A stretch of 63,421 bases of DNA from Candidatus Obscuribacterales bacterium. Its GTDB lineage: Bacteria; Cyanobacteriota; Vampirovibrionia; Obscuribacterales; Obscuribacteraceae. The number at the start of each line of letters is the position of its first letter. Position 1 is the stretch's first letter. Below the pieces are notes generated by a model, which was not told the DNA's origin, did no database searches, and saw only the letters and a program-made list of their open reading frames with translations. A program made the translations under genes and the position numbers. The DNA lies in contig JAGVKB010000063.1 in the NCBI GenBank assembly GCA_020050835.1, positions 1 to 63,421 of the forward strand. The letters are read 5' to 3'. Below are positions 46,446 through 55,279 of this stretch, piece after piece.

Positions 46446-48521
46446 CTACTTCGCCTCCGAATCGCCGGGATGGTCCGGCTCGTCGACGGGCTGAGCAGGA
46501 CAAACTGGCGCTCCAGCCGAACCACTCGGTGCAGGCGGAATATCAGCATTCGCGAAGAATTCAGCGGCCAGAGCGAACTGTTGCCGATGACCGAGCAAGA
46601 TGACTGAATCGCCGGCTTGAAGCTGATCGTCCCATTTCGGATTGAGCACAATCGAGCCATCAGCTCGCTGGATAGCCACTACCGTCACACCGGTTTTCGG
46701 TCGAAGTCCGGTGTCGAGCAGATTCTTTCCAACCAGCAGGCTTCCTGTCGGAATGCGTCTGACCTCGACTGCGAGATCGCAAGGTATGCAGGGCAAGCCA
46801 TCGCCCGGCCGGTTGGCCTCATAAAGCGCCAGCCAGGCCTGTCCTTGCTCGTTCTTCAAACGCTGAACACAGCGTTCGATTACGTCGCGAGGCAGCAGAT
46901 AGTTTTGAAGAACTCGCGAAGTCATTTCAACAGACCCGACGAACTCTTCTGGGATCACCTCCTGCGTGCCGACGGCAATCAGCGGCTCGACCTCTTCCAT
47001 GTATTCGGCGCGAGCGATAATGTGCAGGCCTGGATTGATTCTCCTGGCCATTTCAGCGCTGCGCAGAACTGTCTCCGAGTGAGACAAAGTGAGCGCAAGG
47101 ACGCGTGCATTGTCGACTCCGGCGTGCATGAGCACCTCCTGGCGTGATGCGTCACCATACATGATGGCAGTACCTTTGGCTTTCTCGTCTCTGACGATCT
47201 GCGGGTCATGCTCGATCACTGTGAATGACACCCCAACATCGGCCAGCGCAGCGGCAAGATTGCGGCCGCCAAGGCCGAAGCCCACGATGATAACGTGATC
47301 GTTCATCGCCTCGGATCGCTCTTGAGGCTCCTTTGAGTTGCCGGCTAACCACAACGGCAGAACGCGTTCGAGCAGCTGAGCCAACTTTCCGCCGCCGCTC
47401 AATGAAGCCGGTGTCATGAACATCGACAAGATCGCTACGGCCAGGAACAGCTGGTTAGTCTGCGCATCGAGCAAGCCGACATTCAATCCTACTTTGGCCA
47501 ACACGAAGGAGAATTCGCTTATCTGCGAAATGGAAAATCCGGTAAGCAGAGCGACTCGCAGTGAGTTGCCCATCAATCCGGTAACAGCTGCACCGATCGC
47601 AGCCTTGACTGCGATCACTAACAGCAGCCCCAAGATAACTGTAACCGGGTTGGCCAGCAGGATGCGAATATCGAAGAGCATTCCGATCGAGACAAACACA
47701 AGGCAGTTGAAGACTTCCCGAAAGGGAACAATTTCACCGAGTGCCTGATGGTTGTACTTCGACTCCGAGATGATCAAGCCGGCTATGAATGCACCCAGAG
47801 CCATTGAAAGCCCGAAGTGAGATGTAGCCGTGGCTGTGCCAAGGCAGATCAGAATAATGCTCAGGACGAATGCTTCCCGTTTCTTGGTTCTGGCCACTTG
47901 ATTGAGCAGCCAAGGAACCAGGTATCGGGCGACGGTAGCCGCCAGAACCAGGAAAATTAGTGCCTTTCCGGTCAAAAGTGCGACATCGACGAAGCTGCCA
48001 CCCTGCCCTCCCAGAAAGGGAGTGATCAAGACCATCGGCACGATGCAGAGATCTTGAAAGATCAAGATGCTGAGCGCTGAGCGACCGTAAGCACTGTCGA
48101 TATCTCCACGATACTCGAGCAGACGTAGCACAATCGCTGTGCTGCTGAGCGACACCAGCATCCCGATAAAAGCTGCGGAAGCCCAGCTCAGACCGGTGAA
48201 GTGAGTCAAGACAGCTCCGGCAGCTACGGTCGCAGCCACCTGGAGCCCGCCGGCGATCAAGAGAAACTTTCTCAGGCGGAAAAAGGTCTTGACCGAAAAC
48301 TCGATCCCGATCGTGAACAGCAAAAGTACCAGTCCGATCTCGGCGAGCGTTTCAATGGCAAGACTATCGTCTACCAGCTTGAACCCGAACGGGCCGCAGA
48401 TGACGCCCGTGATCAGAAATCCGAGTACCGGCGGCAGGTTGAGCCGATGGAATGCAACCACCGCCGCTGTACCTAATCCGAAAAGGACCAGAAGGTCCTG
48501 AAGAAAACTCATTTCAGGCAT
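46446..48521 (-). CDS. CPA2-family cation:proton antiporter (Kef type) with TrkA-N and TrkA-C domains, paralog of 43114..45135.
   Basis: Same architecture as the upstream paralog, including the TrkA-N motif HVIIVGFGLGGRNLAAAL. Convergent with it. Confidence 0.8.
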   Translation of the reverse strand: MPEMSFLQDLLVLFGLGTAAVVAFHRLNLPPVLGFLITGVICGPFGFKLVDDSLAIETLAEIGLVLLLFTIGIEFSVKTFFRLRKFLLIAGGLQVAATVAAGAVLTHFTGLSWASAAFIGMLVSLSSTAIVLRLLEYRGDIDSAYGRSALSILIFQDLCIVPMVLITPFLGGQGGSFVDVALLTGKALIFLVLAATVARYLVPWLLNQVARTKKREAFVLSIILICLGTATATSHFGLSMALGAFIAGLIISESKYNHQALGEIVPFREVFNCLVFVSIGMLFDIRILLANPVTVILGLLLVIAVKAAIGAAVTGLMGNSLRVALLTGFSISQISEFSFVLAKVGLNVGLLDAQTNQLFLAVAILSMFMTPASLSGGGKLAQLLERVLPLWLAGNSKEPQERSEAMNDHVIIVGFGLGGRNLAAALADVGVSFTVIEHDPQIVRDEKAKGTAIMYGDASRQEVLMHAGVDNARVLALTLSHSETVLRSAEMARRINPGLHIIARAEYMEEVEPLIAVGTQEVIPEEFVGSVEMTSRVLQNYLLPRDVIERCVQRLKNEQGQAWLALYEANRPGDGLPCIPCDLAVEVRRIPTGSLLVGKNLLDTGLRPKTGVTVVAIQRADGSIVLNPKWDDQLQAGDSVILLGHRQQFALAAEFFANADIPPAPSGSAGAPVCPAQPVDEPDHPGDSEAK

Positions 48522-49125
48522 GGGTTAAAACCTCCCGTCTGTGAGGCGGGTGAAAATTTGCCGCTGTTTGTTTGAAAGAGCAGACATTCGACCGACCGAG
48601 GTTACAACCTCGACTCAACCAGGAGGCGCGCTATTCACGACAGCCGGTGCACCGCACCATTTTTGGCTTTCGTCAGAGCGCGCGTCGACCGAATGTTTTA
48701 CAGGCGACCTGGCAACTCACTCTGGTTACAGATAAGTCGGTCGCGCACAGTGGCAAGCATCGAACAGCTCCGAGCCGATCCGCTGCTTAGGAGCAGAAAA
48801 TTCGATTGCTGAGGAGGAACAGTTATCTATGCGGTAAACACTACAGGCATGACGGACAAAGCCTAGCTAAAGGTTTCTACCGTGCTGTAATTTTTGTTCG
48901 GGAACTCTGCCTATTACTTACTCCTGATACAGCGTTTACCGACAGATTACGGGCGAATCATAAACGTTTAGAGTAAGCATCTTCAAGGGCAAGATCGCCA
49001 CCAGGCGCTTCAGCACTTATCCTTAGCTGGATATTAACTGTGCACGGTTAGTACCGTTAAGGTACCTGTTAGCTCTTTGCGATTCGCCAAGGGCTAACAG
49101 AGACTTCGAACTATCAAAGAAAATT

Positions 49126-49199
49126 CGGGACCGACGGGACTCGAACCCGCGACCTCCTGCGTGACAGGCAGGCGCTCTAACCAACTGAGCTACGATCCC
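49126..49199 (-). tRNA. tRNA-Asp (anticodon GTC).
   Basis: The reverse complement reads GGGATCGTAGCTCAGTTGGTTAGAGCGCCTGCCTGTCACGCAGGAGGTCGCGGGTTCGAGTCCCGTCGGTCCCG. It has a 7-bp acceptor stem, D and T arms, and an anticodon loop CTGTCAC (GTC). It is very close to canonical bacterial tRNA-Asp. CCA is not encoded. An 8-bp inverted repeat (49065-49100) follows its 3' end. Confidence 0.9.
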
Positions 49200-49341
49200 A
49201 GCTAACCTCCCACTGTCAACCGGTAACCAATAAAGAATTACCCGATCGAAGGCGAGATTTTGCAGTATAACACAGGCTCAAATTTCAGGGGCGTCAGCTC
49301 GAACGTTGTTAAGCGTTGAGAAAAGAACGCTAACATCACCC

Positions 49342-50523
49342 CTATTTGGCTTGCACAGGCATCAGGAGGTACTTGTAATTCTCATCATTGACGCCTCGGA
49401 AGATAAGCGGTTTAAGCGGACCGGTCATCTCTAGCTGCACTTCACTCGAACTCAGCCTCTGCAACACGTCGAGTACATAGCGAACATTGACAGCGACATC
49501 GATTACTTGGCCTTCAAAGCTCATCGGTACTTCTTCCTGGGCCCGGCCGATATCCGGCGTGTTGGACGTGATCTGCAGAGTTTGGCCTTCGAAATGGAAT
49601 TTGACTAAATGTGTCCTGTCGTCAGACATGACTGCCACACGTTCAATTGCGGATACTACAACCTCACGATCGAATTTGGCCAGATACTTGAACTCGGTCG
49701 GAAACAGTTCGTGATAGCGCGGATATTCGCCGTTAATCAAACGCGAGCTGAGAAAGCTGTTTTCAGTCTCGAAAGTAATCTGTCCATTGACGATCGCTAT
49801 GCGAGCCTCAGGCTGATCCTTACCGTCCAAAAGCTTCACCAACTCAGTGCAAGCTCTGGCCGGCACAATTGCCTTCAGGCTCACCGGTTTTTCCACAGTT
49901 GCTGTTTGAACCTTACCTTCAAGCTCCTTCTCACCATCCTCTCTTCGTACAGCCGGTACAGACACCCTCAAGGCCTCGCTTCTGTGCGCCAATCGGCTGC
50001 CATCAGTAGCAGTCGACTCGAAAGCCTCATTTTCCAGAAGCAAGTAGACGCCGCCCAAAATGTTGCTCGTGTCATAACTCGCAGCAGCAAAGGAAGTTTG
50101 CAATATTGACCGGCGAAGGATATCGCTCGGCATAAGAAACCCTTCTGAAGCCTTGGATTCGACCAATTTCGGGAAGTCTTCGGCCGGCAATCCGGTCAAA
50201 TTGAATTTGGAGCGCTGGCAACTTACCAGAGTCTCTCCGGTTTCACTGGTGACTTGAAAGGAGACTAGCTCATTTGGAAGCTTTGCCACGATTTCGAGCA
50301 ACTTTTTGCCAGGCAATGTAATCGCGCCTTGTGTATAGACGACACCATGACACTTGGACTGAATCGCAAGATCCAAATCTGTCGCTGCAAATCGAAGTGT
50401 CGTCTCGTCAACCGATTCGACCAACACATTGCTCAAGATGGGCTGCACTACTCGTGTAGCAACTGCGTTGGTGACATCTCTTAGAGCTTTGACCAATACA
50501 TCTTTTTGAATTGCAAAATGCAT
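49342..50523 (-). CDS. dnaN: DNA polymerase III beta subunit (sliding clamp).
   Basis: Typical DnaN N-terminus (MHFAIQKDVLVKALRDVTNAVATR...PILSNVLVE), 393 aa, directly downstream of dnaA. Confidence 0.9.
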   Translation of the reverse strand: MHFAIQKDVLVKALRDVTNAVATRVVQPILSNVLVESVDETTLRFAATDLDLAIQSKCHGVVYTQGAITLPGKKLLEIVAKLPNELVSFQVTSETGETLVSCQRSKFNLTGLPAEDFPKLVESKASEGFLMPSDILRRSILQTSFAAASYDTSNILGGVYLLLENEAFESTATDGSRLAHRSEALRVSVPAVRREDGEKELEGKVQTATVEKPVSLKAIVPARACTELVKLLDGKDQPEARIAIVNGQITFETENSFLSSRLINGEYPRYHELFPTEFKYLAKFDREVVVSAIERVAVMSDDRTHLVKFHFEGQTLQITSNTPDIGRAQEEVPMSFEGQVIDVAVNVRYVLDVLQRLSSSEVQLEMTGPLKPLIFRGVNDENYKYLLMPVQAK

Positions 50524-50966
50524 ATTTAGTCCCTCGATGAGCAGTTTAAGGCGGACAGAAAGTCTCTTTGAGGCAAATCGCGATTTGAGAATTTTCGCTA
50601 TTTGCTTGGTTGCTGCGGCAAGTCAAGAAGACATTTGCCCAGAGCCTGCTAGCTAGCTCTGCTCTTATGCCGTTGCAACGGAACGATAAGGTAAAGACTA
50701 ACCTGCCTGACTGCGATTTGCAAGGCACTGAGCCAACCTTCGATAGTGCTGCTCTAACTCCTTTCCTAATTCATTTAAATAGAAGTAGTAGGGGAGGCAT
50801 TTTTCTGTAGATAACCAGCAAAACTAAACCGCTGGTTGGATCTCCCCTGTAGATAATCTGTGCAGGCATTGTTCAAAAGTAGATCCTTGTCTTCCTGTGT
50901 ATATACTGCCTTACACAGATTCCGTACAAAAAACAGACAGAGTTCCTACAGGTTTTCTACAACCAG
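50524..50966. promoter_or_regulatory. dnaA-dnaN intergenic region with DnaA-box-like repeats and an AT-rich tract, candidate oriC (or part of a bipartite origin).
   Basis: TGTAGATAA, the reverse complement of TTATCTACA (one mismatch to TTATCCACA), occurs at 50806-50814 and 50848-50856. TTTTCTACA is at 50953-50961 and GTTCCTACA at 50942-50950. An AT-rich stretch lies at 50870-50940. Confidence 0.45.
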
Positions 50967-52406
50967 TTAATTGGTCAACTGTCGGGTAATCTGCTTCACG
51001 GCCGACGCAAGATCGGCATCTTTCAGGATCTGCTCTTTGATTCTCGAATAGGCATATAGAGCGGATGTATGTTTGCGGTTGCCGAAGGCATCGCCAATTC
51101 TTGGAAAGCTCAACTGTATGAGCTCGTGGGCGAGATACATTGCCAGGTGTCTTGGCAGTGCCAGATCTTGAGATCGTTTGGCGGAACGAAGCTCACTCGG
51201 CTCGAGTCTATAAAAAGCTGCCACTGTCTCGGTAATTCGCTCAACTGTGAGCGTCTGTTTTGGTTTACTCTGTCCACCAGGTTGCAGCACGTCGATAACG
51301 GCAGAAACGTTAAGCTCAGCTCCGGTCAAGCTGGAGATTGCATGAGCTCGAATCAAGGCGCCTTCTAGTTCGCGAATATTGGTGGTGAAGACAGAGGCGA
51401 TGTACTCAATAACATCATCGGGAATGCGCATTCCATCCATCTCGGATTTCTTGCGCAAAATCGCCATCCTGGTCTCCAGGTCTGGAGCCTGTATGTCGGC
51501 GATCAAACCCCATTCAAAACGGCTTCGCAACCGCTCTTCCAGCAATGACAAAGCTTTCGGTGGTCTATCACTGGAAAGAACGATCTGCCTGCCGCTTTCC
51601 CGCAGAGCATTGAATGTATGGAAAAACTCCTCCTGGGTCGATTCCTTTCCTTCAATGAATTGAATGTCGTCCATCAACAAAAGATCGACTTGTCTGTAGC
51701 GTTTTCTAAACTCCATCATTCGGTCGTCTCGAATTGAGTTGATCAATTCGTTTGTGAAGCGCTCGCAGCTGATATAGCGAACCTGCTTTTGTGGATGATG
51801 AAGCAAGACATGATGTCCGATTGCCTGCATGATGTGCGTTTTGCCAAGACCGACACCACCATAGAGGAAAAGTGGGTTGTAAGCTTCTCCAGGCCGATCG
51901 GCAACAGCCATCGCGGCAGAGTGACAAAAACGGTTGTGCGAGCCAACTACGAACGTTCCCAGCGTATATTTCGGGTTGAGATTGGCCGACGAGACTCGTG
52001 TCTGAGGATTCATATGAGCTGCAGTCGGCTGGGCTGGAGCATTCGAAAAGATCTCTCTTTGCGGGCTGCTTGATTGCTGAACCACAGCGATCGATGCGAT
52101 TGACGGAGTGTAGGTTTCTTGCTGGAGGGAAGGATCTACAACCACCTTGGCAGAAATCTTGCGATTGAGAACATGTGAGACAGCATCGACAATCGGTTCT
52201 AGACGACTGCCGGTGATCATGGTTTTCATGAACTCATTGCAAACGCCGATGGTTACTTCGTCTTCAGAGATTTCAAGTAATTGGGTCGGTCTGATCCAAC
52301 TTTCATAAGTCGGCTGAGGCAGCGTTTTACATAAAATCTCTTGAGCCTGACTCCAGATCTCTTTGATCGGTCGCTCGAGACGTATATCCTCTCGTTCTTG
52401 AATCAT
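50967..52406 (-). CDS. dnaA: Chromosomal replication initiator protein DnaA.
   Basis: AAA+ Walker A GVGLGKTH, Walker B LLMDDIQF, the sensor/arginine-finger region, and the C-terminal DNA-binding domain (LIQLSFPRIGDAFGNRKHTSALYA). Length 479 aa. Confidence 0.92.
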   Translation of the reverse strand: MIQEREDIRLERPIKEIWSQAQEILCKTLPQPTYESWIRPTQLLEISEDEVTIGVCNEFMKTMITGSRLEPIVDAVSHVLNRKISAKVVVDPSLQQETYTPSIASIAVVQQSSSPQREIFSNAPAQPTAAHMNPQTRVSSANLNPKYTLGTFVVGSHNRFCHSAAMAVADRPGEAYNPLFLYGGVGLGKTHIMQAIGHHVLLHHPQKQVRYISCERFTNELINSIRDDRMMEFRKRYRQVDLLLMDDIQFIEGKESTQEEFFHTFNALRESGRQIVLSSDRPPKALSLLEERLRSRFEWGLIADIQAPDLETRMAILRKKSEMDGMRIPDDVIEYIASVFTTNIRELEGALIRAHAISSLTGAELNVSAVIDVLQPGGQSKPKQTLTVERITETVAAFYRLEPSELRSAKRSQDLALPRHLAMYLAHELIQLSFPRIGDAFGNRKHTSALYAYSRIKEQILKDADLASAVKQITRQLTN

Positions 52407-52806
52407 CTATGCTTCCCCAACCCATGGAGCTATAAAAGCGGAATCGATACAACAATACTTAGTACTTCCTTAAACCGGTTTGTCTGTTGGCGGGGCAAAT
52501 TGCCTAGCCGGCAATCGCTCTAACGATGTGGAACCAGGAACTCTTGCCATGGGCTTCTCCACATAGTTAAAAGCCGATCAGAATATGAAAGAAAGCTCGA
52601 CGTGCGAATCAAGCTAATCCAGCTGCTAACCAGCTTTTGCTACCAACAAACCAAGCACGTTAGGGAAACGCAGCTCGATTCGTAAAATTTTTCCCAGCCC
52701 AACAACAGGCTGGAGCGAAGTCTTAGCGTGAGATGATAGCATATCTGTTTACACGCATAAGAGCAATAATTTTAAAGAATCGGCTCGGCAAGGAGTTTAA
52801 GCGGCA
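52407..52806. promoter_or_regulatory. Region upstream of dnaA, divergent from the rpmH promoter, with weaker DnaA-box-like sites.
   Basis: TTCTCCACA at 52555-52563 (one mismatch to TTATCCACA) and TGTGGAACC near 52527. AGGAG RBS before rpmH. Confidence 0.35.
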
Positions 52807-52941
52807 ATGAAACGGACGTTACGTGGTTCTATATCGAAAGCCAAGAAAGGCAGCGGTTTTTTGAAGAGGATGTCTACTAAAGCTGGACGTCGAGTATTGA
52901 AGGCTCGCAGAGCCAAGGGTCGTGCTCGCCTGTCGGTTTAG
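52807..52941 (+). CDS. rpmH: 50S ribosomal protein L34.
   Basis: Translates to MKRTLRGSISKAKKGSGFLKRMSTKAGRRVLKARRAKGRARLSV, a 44-aa classic L34. It is absent from the supplied ORF track because it is shorter than 60 aa. Conserved position before rnpA. Confidence 0.88.
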   Translation: MKRTLRGSISKAKKGSGFLKRMSTKAGRRVLKARRAKGRARLSV

Positions 52942-52949
52942 TCTGAACA

Positions 52950-53327
52950 GTGCTGCCATCGGCGGAGCGATTACGCAGAGCAAGCCTTTTTCAGCGTACG
53001 TACGCTGAAAGGAAGAGTGTTGCCTCACCGATTGCGACGCTCTATGTTTTGCCAAGACAAGCTCGCAGCGCTCCGAAGCTGCCTCATGTCGGCTTTGTGA
53101 TCGCCAAGAAAGTCGACAAACGAGCAACTCAGCGAAATTTTGCAAAACGGCGATTGCGGGAGGCTTATCGGTACCAGCGAACAACGGACGGCAGTGTCAG
53201 GCAGTGGTATTCAATGGTTTGGGTGATTCACGGCAAAGCGCTGACCGCCTCCTGGGAGGAGATTTGCAAAGCAGTCTCCGAGAGCGTCTCAAAAGCCAAC
53301 GACAAGTTTGGGAATTTTGCTAAGTAA
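52950..53327 (+). CDS. rnpA: Ribonuclease P protein component.
   Basis: RLRRASLFQRTYAE and the RNR-type motif ATQRNFAKRRLREAYR. GTG start. Position between rpmH and yidD. Confidence 0.85.
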   Translation: MLPSAERLRRASLFQRTYAERKSVASPIATLYVLPRQARSAPKLPHVGFVIAKKVDKRATQRNFAKRRLREAYRYQRTTDGSVRQWYSMVWVIHGKALTASWEEICKAVSESVSKANDKFGNFAK

Positions 53328-53362
53328 GTCAACGGAGTAAGCGACGATTCGCTAAAAAGATA

Positions 53363-53584
53363 GTGATCATGAAGCAGTTAGCTATTAAGCTAATCAGGTT
53401 GTATCAGAAGACGAGGTTTCTCCGCCAGCCGACTTGCCGATTCTATCCGTCTTGTTCAGGCTATGCTGCTGAGGCGATTGAGACTTATGGAGTGATAAAA
53501 GGAACTGCTTTCAGCTTGTGGCGTTTACTGCGCTGCCATCCGCTCCATCCAGGCGGTATAGACGAGTTGCCTCAAAGGAATTAA
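53363..53584 (+). CDS. yidD: Membrane protein insertion efficiency factor YidD.
   Basis: CRFYPSCSGYAAEAIETYG...RLLRCHPLHPGGIDELP matches the YidD signature (CRF.PSCS.Y...RC.P...GG.D.VP). Confidence 0.85.
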   Translation: MIMKQLAIKLIRLYQKTRFLRQPTCRFYPSCSGYAAEAIETYGVIKGTAFSLWRLLRCHPLHPGGIDELPQRN

Positions 53585-54757
53585 ATGGACATCACTTATT
53601 CTTTCATGATCCCGATCCTGCAATGGATAGCCAAGCAATGCAATAGCTATGGCTGGGCGATCATCCTGCTGACGGTTCTAGTCAGAGTGCTCGTGTATCC
53701 CTTGGTGGCAAGCTCCACTAGATCTATGCAGCGCATGTCACAGATGCAACCGCAGTTGAAGATCATTCAAGAACGCTACAAGAACGAGCCTGAGCAGTTT
53801 CAGAAGAAAGCGATGGAGTTCTATCAAAAGAACAAGATCAATCCGATGGGTGGTTGCTTGCCGACACTCGTTCAATTGCCGATCCTGTTTGCTCTTTTCG
53901 CTACTTTTACCGGCCCGCCATTTGGAGACAAACCAATTCCGTTAAAGATTACGGTCGTCGCCAAGGCTGAAGCATCTAAGATTCACAAAACCGAGGCATC
54001 CGGTGCAAATAGCCCATATGTTGCCCATGACGGCAGTCTTTGCAAGTTGGTGGTCTTTCCGGGAGACTCGACCGTCACCGCTGGTGACAGTTTGGATTTC
54101 GGCGTAAGGGCGGTTGAAGGATCCATGCCGTCTGAGTTGAAAGTGGCTTGGAGAATCAAGGGCAGTAAGGCCGAGCAGCATGGCGCGACAATTGATGAAA
54201 AGGGTCATGCTGTATTTCCGGAAACCGGCGAAGTAAATGTCGAAGCTGTTGTACCGGGCATAGCCAAAGACGAGGCCTTCCTCTTCATTCACAGTCTCGG
54301 CAAGGTCGAGCAAGGAACGAATCTGTTCAAACCGGAAAATTGGGACAATCTGGTAATGATCATTTTGTTCGGTGTGACGATGTGGCTGTCGCAGAAGCTG
54401 ATGGTTCAGCCGCCATCGCCCAACATGGACCCGGATCAGCTGGCGATTCAGCAGCAGACCCAAAAGACTATGCCGATCGCCGTCACCGCGATGTTCTTCT
54501 TTATCCCGTTGCCATCAGGCGTATTTCTCTATATGGTCGTCTCGAATGTGATTCAATCTATTCAAACCTGGTGGATAATGCGAACGCCCGCACCAGCGAT
54601 AATAGATGTGCTCGGGGAGGGTAAGTCCAGTTCTGGTGAAGCGCTGCCAGCTCTCAAGTCGGAAAGCTCAGCAACACACAAGCTCTCGGCAACCGAGGAA
54701 GATGATTCGGACGAGAAGAAAGCAGCTGGTAAAAAGCGGTCAAAGAAGAAAAAGTGA
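53585..54757 (+). CDS. yidC: YidC/Oxa1-family membrane protein insertase, short (monoderm-like) type with a roughly 165-aa beta-rich insertion in the TM2-TM3 loop and a basic C-terminal tail.
   Basis: Core TM1 (GWAIILLTVLVRVLVYPL), an amphipathic hairpin, then TM2 (GGCLPTLVQLPILFALF). A long hydrophilic insert (TGPPFGDKPIPLKITVVAKAE...VVFPGDSTVTAGDSLDFGVRAVEG...NLFKPENWDN) follows. The later TMs include LPSGVFLYMVVSNVIQSIQTWWI, and the tail ends KKAAGKKRSKKKK. Confidence 0.85.
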   Translation: MDITYSFMIPILQWIAKQCNSYGWAIILLTVLVRVLVYPLVASSTRSMQRMSQMQPQLKIIQERYKNEPEQFQKKAMEFYQKNKINPMGGCLPTLVQLPILFALFATFTGPPFGDKPIPLKITVVAKAEASKIHKTEASGANSPYVAHDGSLCKLVVFPGDSTVTAGDSLDFGVRAVEGSMPSELKVAWRIKGSKAEQHGATIDEKGHAVFPETGEVNVEAVVPGIAKDEAFLFIHSLGKVEQGTNLFKPENWDNLVMIILFGVTMWLSQKLMVQPPSPNMDPDQLAIQQQTQKTMPIAVTAMFFFIPLPSGVFLYMVVSNVIQSIQTWWIMRTPAPAIIDVLGEGKSSSGEALPALKSESSATHKLSATEEDDSDEKKAAGKKRSKKKK

Positions 54758-55275
54758 GCGACATGAGTGAACTAAATCTGAGCGAACAAAGCGATCGTGC
54801 CAAAGTCCACCTTGAAAAAATGCTTCAGCTGATCGGAGTCCAAGCCTCGGTGGCGGAGCAAACAATAGATGAAACAACGATATGCTACCGAATCGATTGC
54901 AAAGAATCCGATGCAAAGATACTGATCGGCCGCAAAGGCACTACATTGGAAGCTCTGCAATTTCTGCTCAGACAAATGTGCAAAGGACCTCAAGGCGGAG
55001 AAGATGAACACTTTATCGTTGATGTTTGTGATTATCGCGAGCGTCGAAAAGAAGCGATTGTCGACCGAGCCAAGCGAGGAGCCGTGGCCGTGTTAAACGG
55101 TGAGTATGAGGAATTCTCTCTGCCCCCGATGAGCGCTTTCGAGCGCAGAATAGTTCACAACTATCTCCACGAACACTTTCCAGACCTACAGTCAGAAAGC
55201 TTTGGACAGGGGGAAGATAGACATATCGTCTTGCGATATGGTGGCGTTTCAGAATCAGAAGGCGCTCAGCAATAA
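54754..55275 (+). CDS. khpB: Jag/KhpB RNA-binding protein (KH + R3H domains).
   Basis: KH-like ILIGRKGTTLEALQFLL and R3H LPPMSAFERRIVHNYLHEHFPDLQSESFGQGEDRHIVL. Conserved position after yidC. The start overlaps the yidC stop (GTGA); an alternative ATG is at 54763. Confidence 0.8.
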   Translation: MSDMSELNLSEQSDRAKVHLEKMLQLIGVQASVAEQTIDETTICYRIDCKESDAKILIGRKGTTLEALQFLLRQMCKGPQGGEDEHFIVDVCDYRERRKEAIVDRAKRGAVAVLNGEYEEFSLPPMSAFERRIVHNYLHEHFPDLQSESFGQGEDRHIVLRYGGVSESEGAQQ

Positions 55276-55279
55276 TTCG

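Noticed and set aside
49126-49199. tRNA-Asp as the attachment site of an integrated element driven by the integrase at 19 kb.
   Set aside because: The recombinase gene is about 30 kb away and separated by many housekeeping-type genes. I saw no direct repeat of the tRNA 3' end elsewhere in the window.
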